This document shows, in pieces, positions 37,979 through 49,510 of a DNA stretch of 64,000 nucleotides. This DNA is from Lama guanicoe (taxonomy: Eukaryota), in NCBI GenBank assembly GCA_013239625.1, contig MU053504.1, positions 62,001 to 126,000 of the forward strand. The letters run 5' to 3'. The translations under genes and the position numbers were made by a program. Position 1 is the first letter of the stretch. Every line of letters begins with the position of its first letter. A model generated the notes under the pieces. That model worked only from the letters and a program-made list of their open reading frames with translations, had not been told where the DNA came from and did no database searches.

Positions 37979-40900
37979 CTGGAGGGGGCGAGATGGGGAC
38001 CGGGAAGGTGAGGTGGCCGGGAGGCGTCCCTGTGCCGCTCCTGGGAAATGACGGCTGTTTGTAAAACAGCAGTCACTGTCCTGCACCTCTGCTCTGAGTG
38101 TCACGCCGCCCGGGGTTCAGATCCTTTCTCCGTGGGCCACAATAAAAAATCACCCCACCCGACCCTCATGAAGCACAGTGAAGTCAAGTTTTACAGACTT
38201 TGTGCTGGCTATCTTCTTAAGTGCTCACGGCCTCGCAGGGAAGGTGTTATTATTATTGCACCCACTTTACAGATAGAGAAACTGAGGCCTATAGAGTCTA
38301 AGCTCACAGTTAGTAATTGATGGAGCCAGGATCCAAACCTTGGCAGCCTGAAGCCAAAGCCCAGACTTTCTTTATTCCAGCAACATTCTACCATTCCAGT
38401 CCTGTGATTTCTCTGAATCTCAGCTTCCTCGTCTGCAAAATGGAGCTTCTGATTGGACACTCCTTGCCAGGGTTTTTGGAAGGACTGAGTAAAGTGATGA
38501 ACCATTTATTAAGCTCGTGCTGTGCGCCAAGCTCTGCCTTCATGCTTTATGCATGTTAACTCACTTACTCATCACAGACCCTAGGAAGTAGTTCCTGTTA
38601 CAATCCCCATTTTACATATAAGGAAATTGAGAGAGAGGAGCACACAGTAATTGCTATATAAATGTTAGCTATTATAATTATGCTTTTTACTTGTTGGAAA
38701 AAGCGACTTCACCGAAGATTACTTAATAATCTTGTCGGCCTCCCCCACCAGACTATGAGCTTCCCAGGGCAGGATCTGTGTGCCCAGCATGTGCCTGGCT
38801 CAAAGGAGGTGTGCAAAGAATAGATGTTGCATAAACGAATCACAATCCTGTTAGACTCACTTTCCAGGATTGCTGGGGTATTAAAAGAGGTCAAGTGTGT
38901 GGCATGTAATTGATGCTCCAAGAAGGGAACTTTCTTGTACTTGCTCCCAAGCCTGTTTGGCTCCCTGCTCCACTAGAAGCCTTCTGGAACCCCCCTGTGA
39001 GATTCATCTCCCCCCTTCTCTCTCCTCTCTAGAGTTGGACCAGAAATCCTGTTCGTTTGGGATTGAGTGACTGGTGGTTGGGTGGGCTGGGGCTCTCTAA
39101 AGGCATTCCACGGGGGCTTTCCAAGGGCAGGGGCCACCCTGGTTGGTCTCTGCCTCCCAGGGCCTCGTGTGGTCCCAGCATCCTACCTGAGGAGCCTGGG
39201 GCCTGGGCTCCCTTGAGAGTTTTTGGTAGACATCACACAAACTTATCAACCTGGCACTAAGATACCCAGTGTTTCCATTGTCCTTTGATTTGGAAGAACA
39301 ATGGAGGTTAGGCCCTTTTACAGGAAGCGGCAAAGCAGAGATTTGATCCTCTCCCTCTGATCCCTGAGACCTGTACCTTCACCACCACCAGCCTCCCCGA
39401 CTCAAGTGAGCAGGTGGAAGAGGGCTTTGTAAACAGGGTACTGGATTCAGAGTTTGCCTACCTGATGCAGCCTTCGAGCTTTCACTTCACATCTGGCATT
39501 TGGGATGGTCACAGGGTGAAGTCTGTGCAGACTGTCCCTCAACACTGAAAGTGAAGGTGTACCCTTATTTTTTCTCTGTCCCTTCAGCTGCCCACACAGG
39601 GCCTCTGCTCACAGAAATGGCTGGGGATTGAGAGGAATGGAGGACTCAGCAGGGAGGGGCACTGTGGTCAGATGCAGACAGGGTAGTAGTGGTGGCAGTT
39701 TTATAATGGGGAGCTCAGCCTCTCAGCATCCCATTCTTCCACTCCTGTCTGCTTTTGATCTAGAGGTTCCCCCACCTCCCACCCCAGGAATCAGACCTGG
39801 TACTTGGGGAGTATTGTTTCAGACTGAATTGAATACCTGTTGGGCATACCCAGACTCCCTTTTTTTCCTGTATTTCTTCCCATTGTAATTACTGATGATA
39901 ATGATAATAATAGCTGATATTTACTGAGCACTTACTAAGTGCTAGGCGCCATGCTAAGTGCTTCAGTAGCATCACCCTGTTGAAGCATCACAAAAACACC
40001 TGTGTTAACAGATAAGGAAACTGAGGTGCAAAGTGCTGGTAGTTCTTGCTCATGGGGTGGAACAAGAGCTGGACCCCACTGCACTGCTCCCCTAGTTTTC
40101 CACACACTGGGAGGTCCCTGAGGAAGGGGCTGTGGTTGGGTTGTTCACCTCCTGTCCCCAGTGCCTGGGCTAGTGGGCACTCAATAAGTATTTGTGAAAT
40201 GGGTCATAAAGATCTTCCAAGCCAGTCTCAGTCCCCAGCCCAGCAGGGTCTGCCACAGACCATTCTGTCTGCCTGGTCTTGGGACAACTTGATTCCTGAC
40301 ACTGATTTTAGCTGGGTGACCTTGAGCAAGTTGTGCCTCTTTCTACGTCTCAGCTGCTTTCTCTGGATATGAGGATAGTATAAGAATTCATTTGGAGGGG
40401 GTCACTCATCATGTGACCAGTTCCTTGCATGTTCAATGATTAAGGAAGGATGGCATATTGGTTAAGAGCACAATTTTGGTGCCAGACTGCCTGGATTGAA
40501 TTCCAGCTTTACTACTCCCAGCTGTGTGATCTTGGACAAACTTTAACCTCTCTATGCCTCTGTTTCCCCAGGTGTAAAATGGGGGAATGATAAAAAGTAC
40601 CGGACTCATACAGTTTGCAGTAAGGAGTTCATGAATCAGCAAACAATAAGTGAAAAGTGAACAGATAATAACCAACACTCCCGGAGCACTTAGGTGTCAG
40701 ACGTGATTTAAGGCTTTACACACAAGAATGCGTTCTACCCTCATGACTCTGAGGTTGGTACCATCTTACACGTGAGGAAACTGAGGCACAAGGTAGTTAA
40801 GTAACATGCCCAGGATTGCACAGCTAGTAACTTAGAGCCAGGATTTCAGCCCAGTACCTGGCACTATATGTGTTGATTGTTATTTATGAATAATAATAAC

Positions 40901-41096
40901 AGTCTCCCCAGATGGGTTTCTGTGCTGCAGTTTTCTTGGTGTGCACATGGGCACATCTTGTAGTGCCTCCCTGGGCCACTGTTTCCTTACCCCAGAATTC
41001 TGCCTCAGTGCCTATCCAGGGACTCGTGTTCGGGTGAGAAAACTTCTGGTGATAGGAGCTTAGTGGACCCTCGCCCCAGCTGGCTCTCTTTCCATG

Positions 41097-41129
41097 GCGC
41101 CCTCTGGTGGCTGCCTGCAGTACTGCAGC
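41097..41129 (-). promoter_or_regulatory. CTCF site (core plus upstream motif) in the SCRT2 intron
   Basis: Minus strand GCTGCAGTACTGCAGGCAG-CCACCAGAGGGCGC, a consensus core with a TGCAGTAC upstream module. Confidence 0.8.
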
Positions 41130-42928
41130 ACCATACTCGTGTCGCTGGAGGGCTCTATATAGAAATAGGGGCACCTCAAACAAAGGCTGCTCCTCTGCCT
41201 AGGGACCGATGTGGAATTGCCTTCCATACAGGAACTGTGGGGCTAGACTTGATGGCTAGCAGCTGTGGAGTTCGGCATGGGTTGTGGCAGGGGGTAAGGT
41301 GGAGGGATTGTATGAGTGTGTGTATGTGATCCTGGTGGAAGAGGTCCTTCTAACTTGCTTTGTGACCTTGGCCAGGTTGCTTAACCTTTTTGGACTCTGT
41401 CTCTACCAGAAGAAGGTTGACCGGGATGCTCTAAGGACCCTTTCTGCATCGTGGCTGAATAGATCCCTCAATGATGCCCATTGTCCTGGGCCTGATCCCC
41501 AACCCCCATTAACTCCACCTCGTTCTCCTCAGATCCACAGACCTCTCCCTAGCTATGTGACATTGGGCAAGTTATTTAATCTCTTTGTAACATATCTGTA
41601 TAAAAGAACTCATAATAGGATTGCATGAATTAATGGTGCAAAGTGCTTAGTACGGTGCACAGTAGCCTCTCAAGCTGTTATTATTATTATCATTATTGTT
41701 ATCCTTACATTTCCTAGTGATATCTTTCTAATCTGCTAGAGGGTAGAAGGAGACACACATGGGTATATCAGGCTGCTGTGTGAGCTTGGGCAAACCATCT
41801 CACTCCTCTGGGCCTCAACCCTGGAGAATCCTTTAGGACGCTATAGGCAGAGCTCTGCTGATTCTGTGCATGGAATTCAGATAGATTTGTGGCGCCTTCC
41901 TCTGCCTGCCCTACAGGTGACTGTCCCATCTGAGGGATAGGGACCAGAGCCACTCCTGCCAAGGGGGGCTAAAAGGAAGGCTCAGAAACACATCGGAGAA
42001 GTGGAGATGTCATGCAAATGTCACCAGAGAATGACTGTGGTTTTCCCTGCTTGAGAGTCTTGGGATTTTAGACTGAAGGTCCACAATAAAAATCCTGATT
42101 TTTATGAAAAGTCAAGCACTGGGTGTTGCATAGACATTGTCTCTTCCAGTTGTTTGACCCCTTGGGATGAGGGTTGCGGGTTGGAGATCTCTGAGATGTA
42201 TTGCTACTTCTACTGCTTCCAACTACCCCTGTGTCCTTCGCTGTGTCGCGGGAACTGCTCCAAGCCCAGAGGCCCGGAGAGGGGAGAGGATCTGCCCAAG
42301 GTCACTGGAGGAGGAGTAAGGCTTGAAACCCTCCAGAGCGTGTGTTTTTTCTAGAACCGCTGAGCATGCTGGGGGAGGGAAGGTTTTCAACTGGTGGGCA
42401 GAAGGGGTGGTGGGTTTCTTCAAATACCATCACCAAGCTAGCCTGTATCTGATGGGATGATGGAGTACTTGGGGGAGGTGGGGGGAACTATTCTTCTAGA
42501 TAATACACCAGTCCCTTGTAAATAATTAATAAAAGTAATGACTAGCTCTTACTGAGCACTTACTGTGTACAAGGTCCCTGCTCAGTGCTTCATGCACATA
42601 AGCTTGTGTCTAAGGGAACATGGTAATAACTTGCTCTGGTGCAATAGTTCTGCAGAAGTTGAGGCCCTGAGAGGGGCCTTGACCAGGTCGCAAAGCAAGT
42701 TCACACCAGAGCTAGGCTGGCCTCCAAGCTCCCCAGTCCAGTGCCCTTTCTCTCTGTCTCTATCAGATTCCAGGGTCCCAAACTTCCTGCAGGGAATTTC
42801 CAGCCCCAATGCCTCTTCCCCATCTCAAGATGAGCAGAAAGAGAGAGGGGCCTGGTGGTGGGCCAACCTCCCAGGTGGCCCACTTTCCTGAGGAGGGAAG
42901 GGCCCTGCTTTGTGAGGGTGGGGGGGGG

Positions 42929-42952
42929 NNNNNNNNNNNNNNNNNNNNNNNN
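42929..42952. other. Assembly gap (24 N) within a poly(G) run
   Basis: Ns flanked by G runs on both sides. Confidence 0.99.
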
Positions 42953-44359
42953 GGGGGGGGGCTGGAGGGGCTGCTGCATGGGTATATTTAGAGCTGCGTC
43001 TTGCTGTGCCAGGGCCTCAGGCCTCGAGAATCAGCTCCAGCCAGCTGAGCAGAAAGCCAGGTCTGTCAGCAGCAAAGTGGGATAAAAATAGTTTCTCCTG
43101 TCTGCTCAGAGAGCTGGGCAAAGGGGCTGGTACCTCCCCCTCCCCTTATTATAGCATCCTTGTTAGCAGTTCCCTGGGCACTGGACCAGAAATGACACCC
43201 ACCTCCTCCAAGGGCCTGGCAGCTGGTACACCTGCCCACTGGAGTGGAGGGGGGCTGTCCCTGAGTCCAGATGAACCGGGAGGGGCAGAGTGAGGTCTGG
43301 CCCAACAAGACCAGTGTTGTAAGGGAGGGGGCTGTTTCCCACTGACTCAGACCCAGAGAGTTCTAGAGGATTCCAGGGCCCCTCCCCACCATCCCTACCT
43401 CCTGAAATTCCCCATATTCTGATTTTTCCTGACTGTGACCCAATTCCTGTGGCCCACAGGGAGGTCCACAGCTCTGCAGGAATCAATAGGAAAGCTTTTT
43501 CAAGGGGCTGTGGAGATAGGCGTGGTGACTGAGGGTCTTGAGTTGCCCAGCACTGGTTGATGGAACAGCCTCCTGCTCCCTCGAGGCAGGGCTGCATAAT
43601 GCTCACTGTCTCTCCAGGCTCCCTACTTTCTGCTCTACCCTCTCTGGGCCCCAGAAGGTGCAGAGGGCTGATTCCAACCTCCCTTCCTACCCAAAGGCTG
43701 GCAACCGACAGTGCACCCCAGGGGAGACCACAGCTGGGAAGGAAGCCAAGAGTTCTAGGGACCTCATCGCTCTCAGCAGTGTCTTGCGTGCTCCCCAGAT
43801 GGCCTTCAGGCTGTGGGGATCCCTAGAACATGTGGATGAAGCACCTGCCAGGGAGGTGTGATGCGGTCTGCCATTTATGCCCTTGTCATCTCGGGCAAGT
43901 CACCTCTCTGGCCTCAGGTTTGCCTTTGGAGGTTGAAGCTAACCTTCCCCCGTGCTCTGTGCTTGCTGCCCTTTGCCCACAGTCTGTGTGCGTGCGTGTG
44001 TGTGTTGGGGGAGTCTCGGGGATGTATAAGTTGCTGTGCTGCCATGGGGTTTTGATGGACTCTCTTGTCCTCTCTCAGGGGCCACAAACTGAGGCTATTT
44101 GAAGAGTGGATACTTAGCCTGGGCTCCTCGTGTGCCCCTGTGACTCCAGGCTTTAGGGGGGACCATGGACGCCAGATTCAATATCCTACATGGGCCCTGT
44201 TATTCCAAACTCCCACTGACTAATTCTCAGGAAAATCAGATTTCCGAGTTGATTGCTTGATTTCATGAGAGGGAAACTGAGGCTTGGGTAGGGGAAGATT
44301 AGTTCAAAGCGACAGGAAAGCTAATAGTGGTTCTAAGACTTGAACTGGCCAGCCTTGTG

Positions 44360-44612
44360 AATGGACCTGGACATGACCTTGGACCTGAAATTGGATTTGG
44401 ATCCTGGAGCCTGAAAGTTGACCTGGACCTGGTCCTGGACACTGAAACTTGAACTTGTACATGGATTTGTTCTGAATTTTGGAGTAACCTATAACCTCTG
44501 ACGTTGACCTTGGACCTAGACTTCAGACCTGGTCCTGGACCTAAGGTTGGACCTGGACTTTGAACTTGGACCTCTGACATGTCTCTAACCTTGACCTTGG
44601 ATCTGGACCAAG
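44360..44612. repeat. Degenerate hexamer tandem repeat, ~(GGACCT/TGACCT)n
   Basis: Repeated ggacct, tgacct, gaactt and ggatct units over ~250 bp. Confidence 0.75.
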
Positions 44613-47600
44613 ACTAAGACGCAGAGGCAGTGGTGGTTAAAGATGACTCATATGGGCCTGCTGTGTGTCCTTGGGCACCTCTCAGCCATCTCTGGTCTTG
44701 GGGCTTCTCTTTTGCATCCTTGCTCCTGAGATGGGCTTTCTGAAGTGTGGGGTGGATGTGTGGCAGTTGGGGACTTTCATCCAGGTTCCCAGGCCTGGCC
44801 TGGAGCGACTCCCCGGCGCCATCAGAGGGAGTGAGCGGAAGCGGGTGCTGGTATAATGTGGTCAACTAGATAAGCCCATGGGCAGAAGTAGGAGCACTTC
44901 CTCAGCCTGCTGGGGAGGTTTAATGTAGCTGCGGAGGGCAGACAACTGCGTTATTGGATTGGCATTGATCCCTCATCTGCCTGGGTCAGATGCACTCTGA
45001 AGGAGGATGGGGGCAGGATGGGGCAGGAGGTGCAGAGGAAGGAGGACCCAGCACCCAGCTGGAGTTCAGAGTCCGGGTTTGAGGGGAGATAGACACTCCA
45101 AGGGCAGTGAAGATGTCCTCGGCTGGGGTCCACAGAGACCGCTGCTGTGCAGATGGATAGTAGCAGCCTTCTCTGGGAGGGCTGAGTCCCCAGTGTTCTC
45201 CATGATGGGGGCGCCAGCCTGTGAAGGGGTGGGCTTGATGGAGTTGGAGGGTGAGGTTTTGAGGTTAGGAGGATGTGAGTTGGTGCCTCACCAAGAGACT
45301 GGACCTGTGCTCAGAATCACCCAGGGGAGAGGAGGGGAAGGGAAGGCTCTACAGAGGCAGAAGGAGAAACAAGAGGAGCAGGAGGGGGAGAAAAGAGGCA
45401 TTATATTGGAGACGATGGTGAAATTAGATCTGGTCTCCTTTCTTTGGGGAGCTCTGCAGAGAGACCTGGAACTTTCCCTATTTGAGGGCCTCTCCTTCCC
45501 TATTTAGTGGTTCTCTGGATTCTGGGGGAGCCTGGAGCCCAGATGCACCTGCCACACCCTCTGCCCAGCCCACGGAGGCCGAAAAGGAAGGAAGGAAGGA
45601 GGCAGAGAAGAATATTGCTCCTCTGTGTGTGTGTGTGCGTGTGTATGTGCGCGCTTGCTCGTGTAGGAGGAGGAGTCCTCCAGGAATTCTCCAGCACTCC
45701 CAGGCATTCCCTGAGCTGGGGTACACTCTTTAATTTGGGGTCCTGCACCTTCATCAGTTTGGAGCCTGTGTTTCCCCTGACCTCCACATTCGCAGGCTCC
45801 CTTTCTGCCCCCGCCCCCCAGATTCCCCTCCCACCAATCTCATCCTGACCCTGCAGCCTTTGCTGCAGGAATGGCTTGTAAGAGGATCTTTCTAATAACT
45901 GGAACTATCTCCAGCCCCAGGCACTCCCCCTTCCCTCCCTCCTTTCTCCCCCCCTTCCCTCCCTCGCTCTCCTCACCTCCCCCCTCCTCTCTTTCTCCTT
46001 GTTTACCCAGCACACTTACACACGCTGGGAGAGAAAAACGTCAGCTCAGCAATTTTTCACACTTCCCTCAAATGCTCAGCAAGGTTATTTCCGGCAGAGC
46101 GGAGACAACGGACCACTAGGAGCCAGCAGGCTCTCTGAGGACCCCCAGCACCCCTACCCACCCGGGAAGTGAGGGAGCTTTCACTTCCCAGTCTGGCCAC
46201 ACCCCAGAGATGGAAGAGGCCCCTGATAACAGGACAAGGCAGACCGTGTTTTCCAGCCATACCCAGGCTTGAAGGGTCACCCCCTGGTCTCTGGCACTAA
46301 CCATCTACTGCAGACACTGCCAAGGCAGCCAGGCCAGGGTATCTGTCCTCAGCATGGGGCAGCCTGCAGAGACTGAAGCCAAGAAAAACGCCTGGCCTCA
46401 GAAACTCTGCTGCCCTTAGCCAGACATCGGAGGTTAAATGGAGCCCTACAGAAACCCTGACAATGGCCCCTTGCATTCCTTTAGACCCTCATCCACTCAT
46501 CGCCAGTGCCTCCCATCTCACACTTGACCTTCACAGAAGCTGAGGTTATCAAAGTTGGAAGGATACTTAGCTCTTGCCATCCAAACTCTTTCACTGCTGA
46601 TACAGTGGAGGACCAGAAAATGGAAGGTGCTTGCCCAAGGTCACAGAGCAAGTCAGAGATCTAGAGCCCAGACCTCCCAGAATTCCAGGCCAGAGCTGTC
46701 AGACTATCAAGACAGCCTCAGGATTCCCCAGAGGCCTGGAACTGGTCTGGAGCCCTTTGGGGAAAGGGCCAAGGACAGGGGTGATTCTAGAGTGTTGAAC
46801 CTGGTGGAACCTCCATAGGAACATCCCTGCTGATAGCTTTGCCCTGACCCTGGTTCCCACTATTCACTCAGGGGCTCCTTTCAAAGCTTTTTTGGACTGA
46901 ATTAAGGGCAAGCATGCCTACCTCTCTCCTGAGGAACAGTCAGTTTTTACTGTGCATGAGAAATTCTGCAGGCTTCTCTGGGTTTCCTCAGCTGGCCTAG
47001 GATAGGACCAAGGGGGCCTCAGCAGGTGGGAGCCCAGGGCTTTGTGTCAGTCCCCCAAGGGGTCTTCATCCCAGGCTTGCAGGCATGTCCATTTCTACAG
47101 AGGTCCCCAGCCCTGGCATGGCCCCAGGTCTACCCTGCGCCCTGCCAGCACTCAGACAAGCCCAGTCATATCCCTGGGTTCCAGTCCTCAACCCCAAGAG
47201 GCCCTGGGGTCAAGAAAAGAGGACAGTAGAATAAGAGATGTGGTCAAAGAAAAGGGGGGTTGGTTCTCTTGGGGATCTGGGGGAGACCAGGGGATGAGGG
47301 GCTGTAGCTGTATCCCTGATTACTCCCTAATTTCTTTGACCTTGATGAGGTCACAGAGCCCTTTGCCCAGTGCCCTCTTGCTACCTGGCTTGGCAGAGTG
47401 ATGGAATGCGGGTGAAGTGCTTGGAAATCCCTGAGGCAGAAGCTCCCATTTGCCTGACTCGTGCCTTTGCTGTCTCAGCTCCCCCTTCATCCTCAACCCT
47501 TTCTTCTCTCCTTTTTCTCTCCTCTCCTCTTCTTCCCTTTCCTTTCATCTCTTCTTCCCTTCTCTCTCTCTCTCCCACACACACACCCCAAAGCTGATGC

Positions 47601-48329
47601 CACATGTGATGTCAGATTTCTTACTGCCAAAGGGGCGCCTCCTCTCCTGACACCTGTCCTGGTGGGGGCCATCATAGGAAAATCCCTTTGCAATCCCCTT
47701 GATGGGGGGTGGGGTCCACAGAAGCAGTCTCTGACTCTTCTCCACTCCCTCCAGAGATCACCTTTTTCTGGGCCTGAATGACCTCTCTTGTCCCCCAAAC
47801 CCTTGTCCCTGCAGGAACTTGCTCTGAAAAGAGATGGAGTGTGTTGGGGGTGGGGGACTGACAAGGAACAGCTGGGCTGGCTCTGGAGGGGAGTGTAAAG
47901 CTGGAGGGGGGCGGGAGGGCAGCCCAGGAGACCAGGAACTACTTTGGGGGAACCCCTCCTAGAAATCCCCTCTTTCTCTCAGTCCTCAGGACAGGCCCAG
48001 CCTTTGGCAGGCATGTGGCTGAGGGTAACAAAAGAGTTGCTCAGAGAGGGGGCCTAAGAACACTTGTCTGGCATCAACAGGGAGAGCAGGCTTGAAGGGA
48101 AGAGGGTGCCCCCAGCCACCCACCGGGAGCCAACCCTATCTCCTCTAGGGATTGGTAGTCCAGACAGGTTTACCTTCCCTATTAGGGGAGCACACTCGGG
48201 CAGCCAGCCTCCTTCCCTCAACCAAGGAGAGGGGACCCTCAGTCTGCCTTGTGCATTAGCCTCCCAGCACTAACCCTTCATGGGCACCTTTCTCTCTCCA
48301 TTCTCTCACCACCCTCACTCCAGCCCCGA

Positions 48330-49150
48330 TCTAGGGCCACAACTTTCAAAGTCCGATCTGGCGCGTGGCGGCGGGATGGGCCGACCCTGCGACTTTCCCT
48401 TTGTACGGACCTGGCCCTTGCCCCGCCCGCTCGGCCTTCGGGAAGCCCGGGAGGCGCACACAGCCAGGGAAATCTCCCGGGGTTCCCTGCCGCGCGCACC
48501 CCTCCTCGTGGCCCGAGTTGGGGAGGGCCCGAACTCCCTTCCCCTCTTCTCCCCCCACTGGGTCCCACTCACCGTTGTCCCCAGGCGGCCCCCGGGCGCC
48601 AGGCAGCACGTAGGCAGTCTCCAAGGGGTGGTAGGTGGGGGCCGGCACCCCGCTGCACTGGAAGCCGTCCCCTTTGATCTTCTTTACCAGGAAGGAGCGG
48701 GGCATGGTGCGACTGGCGGGGGACTCGGCGGGGGCACTTGCGTGGGCCCCGGTGAGGGGAGGCGGCCAGCAGGGCGCGATTGGCTGTCTGCGCGGGGTTT
48801 CAGCACTGGACAGCTCCCAGCGGGCGGGCGGGCGGCAGCGCGGAGCCGGCACCGGTGGCGGCGGCCCCGGCTCTGGCTAGGGCTACCGCTCGGGCTTGGC
48901 GGCGGCGGCGCGCAGACTGGCGATCACTGGAGCTGTGCTCAGCACTCCGGCTGCCGGCTTTATATGGGACGCAGGCTGGAGGAGATCAGGTGGTCCCCTA
49001 GCAATGGAACTGTTCAGCGCTCTAATCCATCAAATGTCCCCCAGGACAATCGCTCCGCACACGTTCTCCTGAACCGGCGGCGGTGGGGGCAGGCCAGGCG
49101 CAGGGAGCAGCGGGCAGGCAGGAGGGGAGAAAGTGAGGGCGAGAAAGGCG
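48330..49150. promoter_or_regulatory. SCRT2: SCRT2 promoter CpG island with TATA box (TATAAA, minus, 48959-48964; predicted TSS ~48934)
   Basis: CpG-rich; minus strand CCCATATAAAGCC ~260 bp upstream of the ATG. Confidence 0.75.
48573..48705 (-). CDS. SCRT2: Scratch-2, coding exon 1 (SNAG domain; MPRSFLVKKIKGDGFQCSGVPAPTYHPLETAYVLPGARGPPGDN/G)
   Basis: MPRSFLVKK SNAG motif; ATG after CGCACC; GTGAGT donor at 48572-48567; 133 nt, phase 1. Confidence 0.97.
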
Positions 49151-49510
49151 CAGAGATATAGAGAGACGGAGAAAGAGGAAGGAGGGGGGAGAGAAGGGGT
49201 GGGGGAGAGAGAAGAGATGAGATACACAGAGAAAGAAAGAGACATACAGAAAAAGAGAGAGGCACACACTGAAAGAGGTAGAAATAGGAGCAGAGAGACC
49301 AAGATAAGGACAAAAAGACACGAGAGAAACAGAGAGAGAAGAAAGGCAGAGATGGAGAGAAATAGCAACACAGTCACACACCCGCGGGAGAAAAAGAGAG
49401 ATCCAGATACACAAAAAGAAAGCCCCCCAGGGATGCAAAGAAAGGGAAAGAAAAGTGCAAGACAGAGAGAGAAACCGAGGGAAGAGAAGGGAGAGTGGTC
49501 TGAGAAGGCA
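49130..49510. repeat. GA-rich low-complexity tract upstream of SCRT2
   Basis: Strong purine bias (gagagaga, gaaagaaa) for ~380 bp. Confidence 0.8.

Noticed and set aside
37066..38076. 336-aa minus and 260-aa plus ORFs overlapping SCRT2 exon 2
   Set aside because: Alternative and antisense frames stay open because of the extreme GC3 content of the real CDS
48280..49161. 293-aa plus-strand ORF antisense to SCRT2 exon 1, and the upstream in-frame extension to 48852
   Set aside because: CpG-island stop-codon depletion; the SNAG motif must be N-terminal, so the ATG at 48705 is the start
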